From: Bispira polyomma
Taxonomy: Eukaryota
NCBI GenBank assembly: GCA_965649765.1
Contig: OZ287752.1
Coordinates: 62,558,001-62,622,000, forward strand
DNA length: 64,000 nucleotides
Direction of reading: 5' to 3'
Below the pieces are notes generated by a model. It worked only from the letters and a program-made list of their open reading frames with translations, did no database searches and had not been told where the DNA came from. Position 1 is the first letter of the stretch, and each line of letters opens with the position of its first letter. Below, in pieces: positions 10,667-25,687 of the stretch. A program made the translations under genes and the position numbers.

Positions 10667-13600
10667 GCGTGGAATAAACTTTTTTATATTTAACGGGTAA
10701 AATGAACTTTCAAGGGGGTTAGAAACATGTCAAAACCTTACAAAGTTACAAAGTTACAAACCTTACAAAGTTACAAGATAAGTTTTGAAAAAGTGTAAAA
10801 AAAAAACCTTTACATTACTAATCACAAGGATGTATTTGTTGTTCTTCTAAAAAGTGTAGTTGTTTTAGGGTGGGCAGTAATTACTCGTGGGAAATCAGTT
10901 AGACAGTAGTGGATTAGAGTAACCCACTGAAGCAAAATCTAGATAAACACTAATATAATCTAGATCTATCAGAATAAAAAAAAGTAACCAGAGACTTGAG
11001 CCACAACAAAAATAACAGTAAAACGTAATTTTCTGTTTTGATGAGAGATACAACAATACTTGTTACACAAGAAAAAAAGTTGATAACCTATTAACAGGCC
11101 ATTCAGTCAATACTACATTTAGGTGCAATTATTGGCATAAATAGAATATATATTACAATCTCAGCTTATCTAAAACTCTTACTTTCTAAAACTTTTACAT
11201 TAAGCCAAGTGTTTAAAACGAAAATTAAATCTAAAAATAGTTTTTTTCATCTATGTTCATGTTCATGAATCCAATCTTAAATCTTGAAATGTGTTACTAC
11301 TGCCTTACTTCTAGCCCAATTGGTAATGCCTGAATCAATTTGTTAAAAAAAGTAGAGCTTTTGTTGTTAGTTGGTGAAATTTGTTAATTTAAACATTCAA
11401 TTGAAATAATGGTGTGTGAAGGTTTAGTTAATAATACAGTTAAATAAAGAAAAACAATTAAATTGCAAATCTCTGTAGTTGTTAAAATGAATTGAAACTT
11501 TACCCTCTCATTCAAAATTCTTATCCAATGATAGATTTCTTTAAAGCGAAACTATTTTTAGGCAACTTTAATCTTGACATTTCACTTTGCCTAAAAAGTG
11601 AACCCATTTTTACATTCTATATATAGAACAGTGATTCATGCACACCTTAGCTGTAGTATTTTGTATCTGGTTCTCTTGGCTGCAGAAATTTCATTTCTAT
11701 TTTAACTCTATACATTTGAACTAATCTTTCTATTTTGTTGGGATGTATCACAATTTCTTAGGCCATAATGATTTCCAAGACACGCCCTACTTACACATGC
11801 ACTAACTCCATGATAAGCGCTAAACTATAATGTACTCTAATAAGATGGAAGAGAGAATGGCAATTTAGTCAATTATCAATTTATGCAAGACCAATTCCGG
11901 CAATATAAGACCAGCCCTCCAGTGAATACTTAAATGTTTCATTTTTGCCTAAACCTAGTTTGAACATATTATTCATTCTAACTGACTTTACAGGAAATAC
12001 TAAACTTAAGTTACTTCAAAAGCACCTTTTTCTGTGAAAGAAACTTTGCAAGCATGTTTTGTGTTCTCTTTCATGCGATGAAAGTCATTATATAGGGGGA
12101 AAAATAGCAGGAAAACCTATTTCTCAAATAACCTTGCTTATAACTTTGTTGCTATCTGACAATAATCCATTAAAATAGAGACAATGAAGATTGAAAAAAA
12201 AACACCACACACACACAATGTAAAAAACTATGTGTGGATAGAATTTCACTCTAGTCATGAAAGAAGGTTATTACTACAGAGTTTATTCGATTTGGAACTT
12301 GACACAGCACAGTTAACAAAGCATTAACTCCTCACAGGGAACCCTATAACACAAACAAACAGCAACATCTGAGAGAAAGATCCATTAGGTTTTTGCTGTG
12401 TCCCCCCTAAAAAAAGTGCTGCTTGTCTTTATCTCATACACATACATTATTTTTTATGTACATTTTCTATGTGCTTATAAATGTTTCAATAGTTTTTCCT
12501 ACACTGCCTAGCTATTGTAATAAATCAAACTATTGTTTCTTTGTTTCCTATCCATGGAAAGTTCATAACAAATATTATTCTGCAGTTAAATAATTGTCAG
12601 TTTCCCTTACATCATGCTATTTTTTAGTTAAAGACTTCTAACGTGACCGTTAGACCGAGGCCGCCGAGTTCTATGACCGGTCTCAGATGAACCTGTTAGT
12701 GGGGGGGGGGGGGGGGTTGTCTTGTTTTATCGTGGTTAATGTAATATTTGTCTTATATTTATAGTTAATAAATTTCTCTTAGATAGGTGGACAGATAGAA
12801 GTTTATGTCACAAGAAAAATTAAAAAATTAATTGATGTAGAAATGCAATGGGTTTTTTCCCAGGATTCTTGTCAGATAATGTCAGATAGGTGTCAGATAA
12901 TGCGACATATGTGACTTAATTGGAAAGTAGGACATATCACAAGTTAAAGTGATTACTACTAAACCCTGGAATATCAAAGATAAAGGTGTTAGTATATAAT
13001 AGATTTAGATAAAGTGACCTTTAACTCCTTTTGACCTGCCTTTTTCACAGGCTATTCTTGTTTTAGGTTGGAGCCACAGTGTAAGGACCATATCACTTGA
13101 CCGGGCAATATAACTGACAATGTTTATAGGACTCACCGATGAATCATGCTTTTCTACTTTTTACTCCCCATATTTTTTGCTTTTGAAAGACATATTTTAT
13201 GTGTTAAGGCAGCTTCTCACCCGTCCCTCTGTAACCACCCTTTACAAGAAGCTATTTCCATTTTAACATGGCGGCAGAGGATGGGTATCAATATAAAATG
13301 GAGTTAGCATTATAACTTGCCTTTTTTGCTGGGTTTTTGTCTCCATATGTATCTCTTTTAAAAGACATATTTTAGGTTCTCTAGAATTTTGTAGCAGTTT
13401 CCAGCATCATGTAAATGTTTTATCGCTCAGCCTATTTTGAAAAAAACCTGTTTCAACATGGCAACAGATGAAATGTAGAAATTAAACTAAAAAAAGCTTA
13501 AAAAGGGCTTCTTCATAATAAAGTAAATCTAGAACTGGTGAAGATATATCCCCCATATGACCCTTTTAACCAGTCTGTAAATCTATTATTACACATTAGG

Positions 13601-15084
13601 AAGTTCACAAAGTCCACAATCTATATCTGCAAAGTAAAGGAAAACATGGTGGCAATCAGAGCTTGGGTAATGGCCGCCCAAGTATTTGGGGAGCAATCTA
13701 AAACCACTTATGGGGAGCTTAACTTCCTATATGACGGTTGTTATACACATCTAGATGGGCTCATCTGCAATTTCATAATCATTCTGTTGGATTTTCTGTA
13801 ATACAAAATTGGACCTGTCATGAATCAGCAAAGCCCAACCATTGAAGGAGTCTCAGAACCCATGGATGATGTTGGATATTTTTGTTAAAAGGTTTGATCT
13901 AATTGCAACAAAATGTCAGTGCTAGTAGTAGGAACAGTATTAAAGCTTCAGTTTACTCCTCATGTAATGAACATTTATGTGTAATAATGTTGCAACTTTA
14001 AAAGTAAAATTAAGGTGACCTTAACATTATTTGGGGTTTAAGTTTGAGTATTAAATATGATATGTACTAATATTAATTGATAATTGAGAGACAACATGCA
14101 CTGAAAGGAATAAAAGCAATAATTAAGTTTTTCTCCCCTCATGATACTCACTAAAGTCACTCACTGAACCTTACTTGGCCGAATTATGCCGCACCTACAC
14201 TCTTTAGGTGCTCTTTTTTCTTCCGCTCTGGCCCAGTGGGTAACACGCTCATTTAGGAACACAAATGACCTGGTTTTAATCCCAGTCTGGGACAACAAAG
14301 TGCAAGCAGACAAATAGTGGCTCAGACGACCGCTAAAAATGCCATCTTCTGTCATTTGCGTTCTGTCCGCAGTTACAGGCTAAAGACAATCATCAAGAAC
14401 ATCCATAAAAGAGAATATTTAAGCCTCTGTTTTACATATATGTGCACATTGAAATAAAAGGGATATATGTGTGCTATGGAAATGACATTATGCTATGGAA
14501 ATTTAAATTGTGGATACTGAATTGAACAGGGTACAGCCTTAGTTAGAAAAAGAGTTTGACCAAAACATCTCTCTAACAGTGTTTTTACTTACAGCTCCAA
14601 AATTTAGATTTACAATGTATAGAGACTCTTCTTTACTCCACACAGCGCCATGCAAGACAAAAAACAACATTTCTTTGCTTGTTTGACTTTTATAATATTC
14701 TATGGTCAAATGCAATTACTGTTTTCTAATGCAATTATCACAGCTTTGTAGCTTTACAGCTTTGCTTTTTGTTAGGCCTTCATGCCAATTGTGTTTATTT
14801 AGTATTTTGTTGTTGTTTTTTCATTTGTTCAGCATTTTTTTCATAGTTCCTGTGTTCTCTAAAACAATCACATTCTTGGATAACTTGTCAACAGTTTAGT
14901 ATACGCTGTAATGCTAAAATACATGAGCCATTCACTGTGAATCCACTGCACGATTGGTTCAAAAGATTGTGGATAAAAACTAATAGGTGATAGGCCTATA
15001 TACCATACATTAGATTTATTGTAAAATATTAAAGTCATATTACCATACAAAAAACATTGCACAAGCTAAAACTAAATACTTTCG

Positions 15085-15195
15085 TCTTGCCGTAGGCCAG
15101 TGGTTTACAATTCTTCAGCACTAGTTTCCTCCATCCACTATTACATTTGGTCATTGTGATATGACCTTAAGCTGAAAGGGACAGAAAACCCTTAG
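15085..15195 (+). mobile_element. SINE 3' fragment (same family as 29587..29808 and 36235..36475)
   Basis: CTTGCCGTAGG..GTGGTTTACA..CTTCAGCACTAGTTTCCTCC...GCTGAAAG shared with those copies. Confidence 0.6.
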
Positions 15196-17424
15196 TATAT
15201 TCAAATGCAAAAAACTAAAATATAGTCACAGTAGTGGGAGTTATCTTAAGAAATATATGACTGAGATATGAGAACAACTGCAACCCTGAAGTTTGACAAC
15301 AACTGTAATGTTACAAACATTTGTTCATTATTATTCCGGTTTGAAACCCAGTTTGTCAAGTCAGTTTGATATTTTTGTAAAAGCAGCCAGTACTATTTAG
15401 AATTAATAAATGGTAAACCACAGACAACCGTGGTATTTAAACCACAGACAACCGGTGGTATTTAAATCACTGACTTCAGGGGTTAAGAGACTGGTGATTG
15501 CAAAGCAGATGCTTCTCAGCACACCCCCGCTTCCATTTCCTGGAGATATATTTAAAGGGTATGTCCTTTATATCCAGACCAGCCTTGCCAAAGCTGTATA
15601 GCCACAGGCAAAATATACTTAGCCACTACCACCCACCATGCTTAAGGTCTGCAGGCAATGATAGAAAAGTCATTTTGAGGATGACCTCATCCACCACATA
15701 CAGCCATTAAAAACCTTTTAGGCTTTCTAACACTCAGTTGACTGAAATCCCTGTGCTAAACAATTCAAAGGTAATTCTTTACAATAGTAAGTAGAGGGCT
15801 AGAGTCTATAGTAAAGCGCCATAGCTCCGCCATGGATTCGCAGTAACAAAAACAAAAGTAAAAAGAAATCCTGGATCTGCCCTACTGGCCAGATCTGCTA
15901 CAACATGCAATAGATTCTGCTGTGGCCCATGTCTTCATGCTTCTACCATCTGTCTTGTGAATCAATTATTCTGGTGATACATAAACAAATAATGGATGCT
16001 GACATGGTCATTAAAACCACTACACATTGTATGTAACCTTTATTTAGCTATATAGTACAAAAAAGTACACATGTCTCTGTCATCTTTTTTTCACTTGTAT
16101 CTCCCAGCATCAACCAAATAGGTTTACCAGCATCTGTGTTAGAATTAATCAACACACACCAGTTAAGTCATGGTTTAATTTAGTTTGGATTTAATGTAGC
16201 GTTCAACTTGTCTTGTGTTATATCAAGAAGGCCAGTTCACTGGTGGAGGAAATCAGAGCAGGGTTGCTGGTCAAGGTTTACTGCTCTGCTAAAGGATCTG
16301 GTGAACTTTGAACCCATGATTGCAGAGGTGATAGGCAAGGACCTATAGAATGGACCTTTGAATAAGTTTGGTTCATAGCATCATGCATGATTGGTCTTCA
16401 TGCTGTGTGGTGAATGTAGCCTGCAATTTACAATACTACTATTTTTATTGTTAATCATGTTAGGGCTGAGGTGGTTTGAGGCATATAATAGATGGTAAAG
16501 TATGCATTAGGGTATTTGGCGTTGGTAGCATGGTTTACAGTCTAGAAATAATCTCACATATACACAGTACTGTATTTGTTTCCTCCCACTAATAAAACTA
16601 GTAGTCATTGCAGTGTGTCTTAAGATGGGACTTAAAAAGACCAGAGGAGTAAACTCTAAATCTCCAAACTATATTAGTCATGACTTGCATATTAGTCATG
16701 GGTGGCACCAGAGGGCCATTGCATGGGATCTAACAACAAACAATCTCTATTGATTGTATCCTACTTTGACAATCAGAAATTCTTGTAAACCTTTTGTCAT
16801 ATGAGACAAACCCAAGTTTTGGAACATGTTGGTCATTTATTACACTTGGTAGGTTTCTTTTTGGGGGTGATATTGGAGGATATGGTTTCCCCATAAAAAG
16901 AGTTAATTAGCATGTGACACAATAACACAGGTAAAGCAAAACCAGACCAAACAGATACACAGAATAGTTTATATGTTTGATTCACTGTGATAAACCATTC
17001 GTGTGTAATGTAATATTAACTCAAGGTTCCATGTAGTGCTTATTATTAATTTTATTTATTCGTGTATTGTATTCCTGTAGTTTACTGTTTGCTAATTGTA
17101 GTTTTGAAACATATTATATGGGGTAATGTTCTGTCCACATGTTCAAGTGTCAGCAAATGTTTTTCTGCAAAAACCTTTTAGTGAGCAGTGCACATGAGCT
17201 AGCGGTGACACACGTTTGCTACTGCTTCACTCATTTCAACTTTATTTAATTAAGAAAAAATAATTTAATCAATTTGGTTCTACATTTTCAAAGGCAACAC
17301 GCTTTAATTAAAAAAAGAAGAGTTTATTTAAAAAAATATACTGTAATATTGGTAACAAAATGAAAGGGTTATATTAAAAACAAAATTAAAGTCATCTTGC
17401 TTTTATTTTATTTTTGTATTATCA

Positions 17425-17615
17425 AAAGCAGCCTGATGCTGTTCTGACTCTTTAAAAAAGGCGCTACCATTAAAAAGGGCGCCGCTATCTTAGAAATAAT
17501 ATGTAAGGCCTTCATTGATTAGTTGGAAGCAATCGTCCCGTCCAAACTCGGGTGGGGTGTCCAATTTGCCTGAGTATATAGTGGCCATATCAACGTCAGT
17601 GTACTCTTGTTATAA
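17425..17615 (+). mobile_element. dispersed non-autonomous repeat family; copies at ~50585-50790 (+) and ~53805-54070 (-), fragments at ~10075-10165 and ~23625-23720
   Basis: Shared block GCCTGATG...GCCGC(C/T)ATCTTAGAAATAATATGTAAGGCCTT...TTTGCCT...TATATAG(T/G)GGC..TATCAAC...AGTGTA...CTCTTGTT. Confidence 0.75.
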
Positions 17616-17677
17616 ACTCAGACAAATAATGAGTCTTACTTTATTTTAAGTATTACATTGGAGTTCCTTTTTTTTTA

Positions 17678-17861
17678 TTTGAATATTTAACGTCCACTCT
17701 AGTACCTGTTTAGGTTATATTGGGACGGGTAGTTGGAAACGCTGGAGGAAACACTGCATACAGTTGATCAAGGTTCTGCACTGAAACCAGCGGCCCACAG
17801 TAAGGAACTACCACCTTTCTCACATAGGCAGCGACGGGATTCGAACTCACGCCGCCCAGAG
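17678..17861 (-). mobile_element. 5'-truncated tRNA-derived SINE, same family as 29211..29458
   Basis: Close reverse complement of 29258-29452. Box B GTTCGAATCC retained, box A missing. Confidence 0.85.
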
Positions 17862-19689
17862 ATTTTGTTGAATATATTTAATCCAATTTCACTTTAATAG
17901 TGCTTAATCTCTGTCCTGGCAGATTTTAAGGCGTATATGTCATTCGAGGAGAGGTTTACTATTACCACTAGTGTAAAAAGTCTGATGTGTTTACAGGCTT
18001 GCAATATCACATTATATCCTAGTTTGTAGCAATTGATATATTTCACAAACTGAATAATACACATTACTAAATACAGTTACACCAAGCTAAACCCTCTTGT
18101 GAATCAATACTGTCTTTAAAAGACACTTACATTACAATAATTTAGCATAGAACAAACCATGACCGTGGACAAAAAAAAACAAAATTGGAAATGTGCTTGT
18201 ATTTACAACCCATAACTAAGAGTAACTGGCAATAAAGTGGCCCACAAACAAGCACAGGCAACCCATATACCTGTTAGATATTGACAAAATGGTAGTCTTA
18301 AAGTCATAAACTGGCTTGGTTAAGGACTTGTTGTGTATGTCATTTAACAAAATACGTATCTGTGATCATATTCAACTAGAGTACTAATTGGCAAATTGTG
18401 CATACACATCTTGTAGCTGTTTTAGATATATAGACATATGTGTTTGTGTTGAGGAGTATTATTAAATATATATTGATATTTTAGGGATTTCAGGAATGAT
18501 CCCATTGTCTACTGGGAGGAAGAGGCAAATAGTATTGGAGTGTGGATGCAATCTTTTTTCAGCCTGCTAGGTCCACGATTAACTGTCCTGAAAGGGAATA
18601 AAACTGGAAGAATATAAACAGCAAATGGCTGTGTTGTCTAGAAATAAAATGAGGGGAGAGGGGCATGAGGGGCGGGGGGTACCTTGGATGCCATTTAAAT
18701 TTTGCTTGATAGAGTTTGCAGGGAGATCAGGAGATGTATAATTTGTGACGTATGTATATGTTTACAATGTATATTATTTATTATTCAGTGGGGTTAATAC
18801 ATTTAATCACATTGTGGGTGTTTTGTCTTTTTTTAGTCTTGTAATGGTTAGTCTATTTTTGACAATTTTTAGAGACAGAAATCAGAGCAAATTGTATTGT
18901 GTGGAAAAGGTCCTCAATTAAAGAAGGTCATATTTTTGCCACTTTTTGTTCATTGTGGGCGAAAGGACAATGCAGTTTTGCAGAAGCAAGGGCTTATTTG
19001 TGTTTTTACTGCTGTAGGGAAATAATGTTCCAGGTCTTTCTGGATTCGTAGATCTTTCTAGTGATGGTTCATTTTCCCACAATTTGTTCATAGACAGTTT
19101 TTTTCAAATATAGCAATTGACTTTTTCTTATAAATAATGCACAGAATAACAGTATTTTGACATATGCCATATCCAGTTTACAAATACTAAACATTTTCCA
19201 CTTCACTTTTCGACACTTAAAAAATATTATTCACTTTCCTCCTGCCCCAAATTTCACTTCCTGTACCCCCTACCCCACACATTCTACCTTACGACCTGGC
19301 TATTGGTTTTATAACTTCTCGATTGGTTACTTGATTCTGTTGTTGCGTTTTAGAAGATACCTCACGTTAAATTGCAATGCATTAAAATATATGTAAAAAC
19401 AACTATGGAATACTTTACAGAAAGTTGCGGGTTTAATAATCGAGTTACATGTTAATCGATTTTTGGTTGTTGTGGCACCTACAACCTGTTTGATAATCTT
19501 CACAGATGTTTCAGGGCTGAGGCTCTGCAGTTTTACATTACAGCTCTATCTCAAACAATTGTCATAACATCAATCTCTTTTCGTCAATCTAAAGCTTAAG
19601 CTGGAGTTACATTGCTATTTGCCTTTATAGTCAGACCAGTAGCATTCTATCTACCTGCTTTATAAGGATTCAAGGCTCTAATTATATGG

Positions 19690-20230
19690 TATTTTAGATC
19701 TTTAACGTGCCTTATCGATGCAAGGTGTCTTCTAAAGCACTACAACAGAAACAGTTAAACAACAGAGATGTCCAAAACCATAGCCAATGTCGTAAGGCAG
19801 GATGTTGGTTTATACACGGAGGGAACTAAGGGGGATAGACGAGTTTGAGGAGAGAGGTTTGAAGCTTTTTCCTAAAACCTAAAGTGTTTCAAGTGATCTA
19901 AGCTCAACAGGGAGATTATTCCATAACATAGAGACAGCAGTAGAGAAAGCTCTAGATATAACTTTTTTGTAGGTTTAACAGGGGAAACAGAAAGTCTTTT
20001 GGGCCTTTTAACATTACTAGAGGAAAGGTGAGCAAGCAAGGTAGGAGGGCTGTTGAGAGATGAAAGCTTTGGAAGTAGTTACATAGATTTTAAACAAAAT
20101 ATGATAATGAATGGGAAGCCAACGTAGTTCCTTTAAGGTATGGAGAGACAGACATCAGTTCAGATCCCCAGTCAAAAAATGACTAGACACTGATACTTTT
20201 GAATAGGTTTAACTTGTTATTGCGCTTATT
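19690..20230 (-). mobile_element. degenerate L2-type LINE 3' end (family B)
   Basis: Minus strand carries degenerate ORF2 C-terminal motifs (LRWLP..., RAFSTAVSMLWNNLPVELRSLETL.GFRKSFK) and a 3' UTR shared with copies at ~27604, ~36615 and ~55651. Confidence 0.75.
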
Positions 20231-21945
20231 GCGCTTAACTTGTTATTTGTTTAATTATTTGGACTTTTTGGACTGCACCAATGCAGCCATCTAATCCTAA
20301 TTGAAGACACAGAGGCATGTGGAAAATCATTTATACCCAACGTTCTCTAGGGTATGTAGCTTGCCACTGGGAATATGTCACCAAATGACAAAATTACAGC
20401 CATTTTAAGTGGTCATCTGAAGCTCTGTCCATTTTACTGCACCTAAGAATCCCATGCTGAGATTAAAACCCATCTCCTCTCTGTTTCTATACAAGTGTGT
20501 TACAAACTAGGCCACAATATACTGAGGAGAAACTTTGTTTTGCAAAGAAACTGGGTAATTCGATACTTCATCAAGCTAAAGCATGAAACTATAGAACAGG
20601 CAAATAGAACAATATGTTTATGGGAACCTTTAAAAGAGGCGCAAACATACAGAATGTCACATCATAGTTTAAAAAAATCTTTCATCAGGGATAAAACGAC
20701 AGAAGCAAATTCTATCTTCCAAATTAAGTAATGAATATAATAGTAAACTGAATAAGAGGGTCATGGCTTCTTAGTTCTTATCTTAAGATGGATTATTACT
20801 GCATATGGGCTGCAGAACAGATGCTGTAATAATATCTGCCCTATGGCTGGCTGATAAACACCACTGATTGATGCCTCTGACTTTGCCCTCTCTGTACTTA
20901 TTGAAATTACCAGACTCTGAATATGCACTACAAGCTGGCTTTAAATCTCCATTTACTGGTTCATTAAATATTTATGTCTGCATTCCCCAAGCAGTTATCA
21001 TTTGTTGTTGTTGTAACAAATATTTATGATTATAAGCTTTCTTATATATATATATCCTCAGATCCAAAAGAAACGCACCGCCTTGTATAGTAGCAAATAT
21101 AAATAAATATTCTAGGAATAAATTCAAAGGTTTCAACAAAGGAGGTTATACACCTCAAACTGTGGTTAAATCTAACATATATTCTAACTAGTCGTGGACT
21201 AATACTATTGTTAAAGAACAACATAATCATTGGGAACATGTGGGGGTCCAGGCGGTTAACTTTTGAATCACTTTTGAAGCTCCAGAAAACATGATTCTGA
21301 GAACCAAATTTTAGCATTTATGTTCACAATATTATTCTGAGAGTGGACCTCTTCCCTTTACCCAAAATCCTGGATCCGCCTATTCTGTTGATCATAATAC
21401 GCACTTAAATACAACTAATTTATGGCTTGATAAAACTAGCTGATTCATTGATATCAGTTTTTGGTCAAATTTTTGTTTGGGAATTAAACAGTTGGAAGGT
21501 TTTTTGTAGTGTACTGAATACTTAAACCGCCAATGTAAATCCAGGACACAAGTTACTCTTTTTTACAATCTGTCCTAATTGAAATCCCATTGAATATAAA
21601 TGTTCAAGCGACTGTGTCACATAACTGGTAACATATATCTACTCTAGCTAAACATACCTGGATAAATGATGTTACTTCAGAAGAAAGTACACTATTTTTC
21701 TGATGCAGTTCATATCCCTTACTCTAAAGGGGCTGTTCCACTATCAAGTATGATGTGCAAAACCCTAGCAATCAACAAGAGAAAATGTATGAGAAGACGA
21801 GGTATTTTTTTCAGCTAATATGCTTTCTCATGGTCATATTGCAACAGGAAAGAGACAAGGCTCAGGCTTAGGCTCTCGCAATACAAGATGAATTGAACCT
21901 GTCCGCCACCTGCCCCTTGGGCCCCCAAGAAAAGGTCCAGCCTCC

Positions 21946-22085
21946 ATGAATGTCACCCATACACACTGGGTCCAGCCCTGGATCAACAGAAGAGAGGCCC
22001 TTGGATATTACAGCACCTTAATGCCGGAGTTAAATGAAGGGGATGGACCTGCATACAGGAACTCCTTCAGGTTACCTCCAGAAAA
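21946..22085 (+). pseudogene. relic of a PIF/Harbinger (HARBI1-like) transposase N-terminus
   Basis: WVQPWINRREALGYYSTLMPELNEGDGPAYRNSFRLPPE resembles the Harbinger transposase N-terminal motif WVxPW..RR...G.Y..LM.EL...D...F.NF.R+.P. A TIR-like GGGGCTGTTCCACTA lies at ~21729. Confidence 0.7.
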
Positions 22086-24176
22086 CACCAGGGGAAAGTG
22101 CTCAACCAATTCACTGTATCTGTCGTCCTTCCAGACCCTTGCTTAGGTATGATAAAACCATTATTATAGGTCCTATATTACAGATACAAGCTTACATATA
22201 AGAAAATCAAACACACATATTGCCTATAAAACACTGTATATAGACGGTAATAGCTATTAAATATGCAGGTAGGGTCAGCTCCATTATTGATACAATGCCA
22301 ATTCTGTGTCGATGGTATGTATGTCATTCTGTGTTTTATTAATGTCCTTCCTCCCTGAAAGAAGGAAGTTCTGTCCACCCACCTAGTGAAGTAAAATACA
22401 GTAAATTTTGCTAAAAAAAATTCTAACAAAAAGTGTTCCTTTATTTATAACATTCTTTCGATGACGCATACTCAGAATCTACATTTTAGAATTTGGGAAT
22501 ATCTGCCTTGATGGGGACTTCTACTCTGGTAGGCACTCCGTGGTAATACATGAGCTAGTGGTTATAAAAAAGTTTCTGATTTACTATTACTAGACATTGA
22601 GATCAAATCACACGTGGAAAAGTTTACCATGTACTTGCCGTAGAATGGGGGTTTTCAGTACAAATAAAATATTGTGGGTTTTTTTTAACTACCAATGTAT
22701 GTAACCATCATAATATGACCACATCTTTTGTAAAACCCAACATAAATTCAAACTCTTTGTGATAAAAATTTTGTAATTATCTAGACTATCCTCCTTACTT
22801 AAAGACTCGGAGGATCTTATAATGAATTTTGAAGAAGTAATAATACTGTACATATTGTAAGCTCTTAAAATTTTTAGAGACGTGAAGTTATATAGAAACA
22901 CAAAACAGAACCAGCAATGGAAATTAGAGATAATAAAAATAAGTAAAGGGAACCCATTATTAGAGAAGGCCAAATTAACACTTATGTCCTCCATTTTAAC
23001 TTTTGACAGTATTTTGTGAGACATTATAATTCTTGCATATCTATCTGTACACGTGTGTTAATGAAATGATTAAAAGGTGGCTCTGTAGGCTAATTAAACT
23101 GTCTAATTGGGCAAAAAGGTGCTCACCAAAGGTCTTTTTATAAAACCTCATGTCATACAATGTAATAATGGGCAAATTACCAGTTACTTTCAGTGTTGTA
23201 AGAATACCTTTTCTAATATAAGATAGTGTAATATTTTTCTCCAGTTTTAATCAGAAGGTTTGTAATAAGTATCTTGCTTATTTGTTGACCCATGTATGAT
23301 TATGTCACTGTAAAATAATCCAAACCTCTGTACTTTGTGAATATATGTCAACAGTTAGATAAAATTGCTTTTTGAATGAGAAAAAACTATGGGGGAACTG
23401 CTAGGCTTAAGTCTCAAACGAAAACAAACATCAGAAATGATAAGAGTCAATGCTATAGCAACTGTGACTCCTTGTGTACACACAAGTATACCTTTCTGCT
23501 GATTTAGGGTGGTTATTTTTTTAGTCCTTTATGGCTATTAACTAATCTCCAACAGGGGGTACATAAGGTACAGGGATTCATGACATGTCGACAAACGACA
23601 GACGTCTTATTTGTCGTCTTAATTTTTTTTTATCAGGCTCAGCCTGACATTGATTTCATTGTTTAAAAAATTACATAATTCTTCGAAATATGTAACAAAC
23701 ACCTTCATGAATTAGTTGGAAACTGAGGAGTGTCAGATTTATATTATTATGCGATCATCAGGCACAGCCGGGAAGCGTGAAATAAGGAAGGTCTCTGATG
23801 TACTAGTGGGACTCAGATCCCACTAGTGCAAAAAGAGTATTTATTATTTCACTCTTCTTTGAAATACACTTTAGATACCCAGTTAAAATTTGGACTGCCG
23901 ATGTCTCTTTTAAAAGACAAATCTTGTTTGCTTTTACTCATGTTTAGCACAAGGCTTCCAACACCTGCAAGTAAACCTAAGTCAAAGACCTACAAAATCA
24001 CCTGTTTCTACAGCTGTCTGGTGTGTCTTGCTAAAGTCATAGATGATGACAAAAGGCCTATATAGTATGAAGGCTGGCTTATGTTAAGAAGGGATAAAAC
24101 CACTGCTATTAAAGGAGAGTGAGTTACAAGAAACTGTTAGAGCAGCAAAAAAATGGGACATTGCTAATAAGAGCTT

Positions 24177-24370
24177 AATTAAGCTTGAGAAGCTTAGCTT
24201 TAGGGTTACCATGCCTTGTATATCTGCAGCAGGGAATGTGTGTGTATCGGTTAATCAGTGTTCCAGAAAATTTTAATTAAGCTGAGGGAGCTAAGCGGTA
24301 AGGGTTACCACGGCTTATATTTCGGGCCCATCGAAGGTGTAGAGGTTAATTAGTGTTTCAAAATATTTAA
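24177..24370. repeat. ~98-bp degenerate tandem duplication
   Basis: TTAATTAAGCT..GAG.AGCT.AGC..TA(A)GGGTTACCA.G...GGTTAAT(C/T)AGTGTT.CA occurs twice. Confidence 0.7.
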
Positions 24371-25687
24371 TATTGATTAAAAATTAAAATTAAATTATAT
24401 CTTTATATTCTTGGTTTTAGTGTTTATGAATTATACTATACTAGTGGCAAAAACGATTTAAGGAAATAACAGTAAATACTGAATAGTGATACTAAATCAT
24501 TCAAAAAAAGGTAAACTTTATTTGCTTTATGGCTGTAACTGCTTCAGTACCCTTTAACAGAAACTGATCTCACCTATATGCTGATGACCCAAAAACAGAA
24601 TAATGTTTGCCCTGATTATTGTTCCCATAAATCTCCACAAAATAAAACACTGTTTCAGCTTTTGTAGAGTTGCAATTTTAGGCTGTAAAGTGACATTTGC
24701 TGTAATATTCTGATGGCTCAGCAATATTCTTGAGGCTGACTCTGATGACCTTGCTATTTCCCTGTCTGTCACAGATTGAAGTTTTTTCTTAACGGGTTCG
24801 GGCAGTGGCCTCAAGTTATATCACCAGAAATTGATAGCTTGCTTTATGTCTTGCCTACACATTAACTTGAGCCTTGTATCTGTAACAGGTGGTGCATGGG
24901 TATGGATGAAAGAGAACAAACAATGCAGAGATTTGGATATTTTACACTTTTTCATTCGAGTTGTTTTGTGATGTTGGATGTGTCTGCTTTAAACACTAAC
25001 ATTAAAACCCATTAAAACCCATAAAACCCATACATAAAGGACATCAGAAGAGCAGAGCTAGACAATTTGTCATCAGTTAAGTCATCAGTCATCAATGTGA
25101 TATTTTTAAACAAAGAAATTGAACATGGTTAAAATATGGGGTATTTGAAATGTATTGTATTACAATTTCACAATTCAAACTTGATGCGTGTCTGTGTTTC
25201 CAGTATAGAGCTGGCATGCTATTACCATCCATATGTATTTAATTTTGATTGATATTATGTACAACATGACAATAAATTGTGGCCTTTTTTAATGTTATCC
25301 CTTTAAATATTATGATAATAGATTAAATATTTCACACATACATATCTTATTCTCTTGAATTTATATCGAAATATGTCTGTGTTGAAAGGGGTACACCCAA
25401 TAAAGAAATGACAGGTTTCTGGTGAAAAAAGTATATTACACATAGTACAGCTACAAGTGATCCCTCTGAATATATAAACAACACCCAGCCATACTATACT
25501 ACTACAATCAATGAATGTGTGTAAATGCTTTCCTGGAATGCCTATTGGCCCACTATGCTACAAATTTCATTTTTGTTTGAATCTACGTTACTCAAAATAG
25601 CTAAACCACCAACTTTGTATTCAGCCCCCGCCCACCCCTCATATTCTCAACCAAAAAAAAAAGACTCAAGCTCACATTAACACTCAC

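Noticed and set aside
18480-19100. Possible decayed retroelement coding sequence
   Set aside because: The composition is suggestive, but I could not identify any convincing protein motif.
21025-21070. Minimal hammerhead ribozyme (minus strand CTGAGGA-TATATATATAA-GAAAGCTT)
   Set aside because: Stem II is only a TA microsatellite, stem I barely pairs, and no Penelope ORF is recognisable nearby. CTGATGA hits at ~2346, ~20685, ~25055, ~44688 and ~50117 also lack a proper GAAA/stem III.
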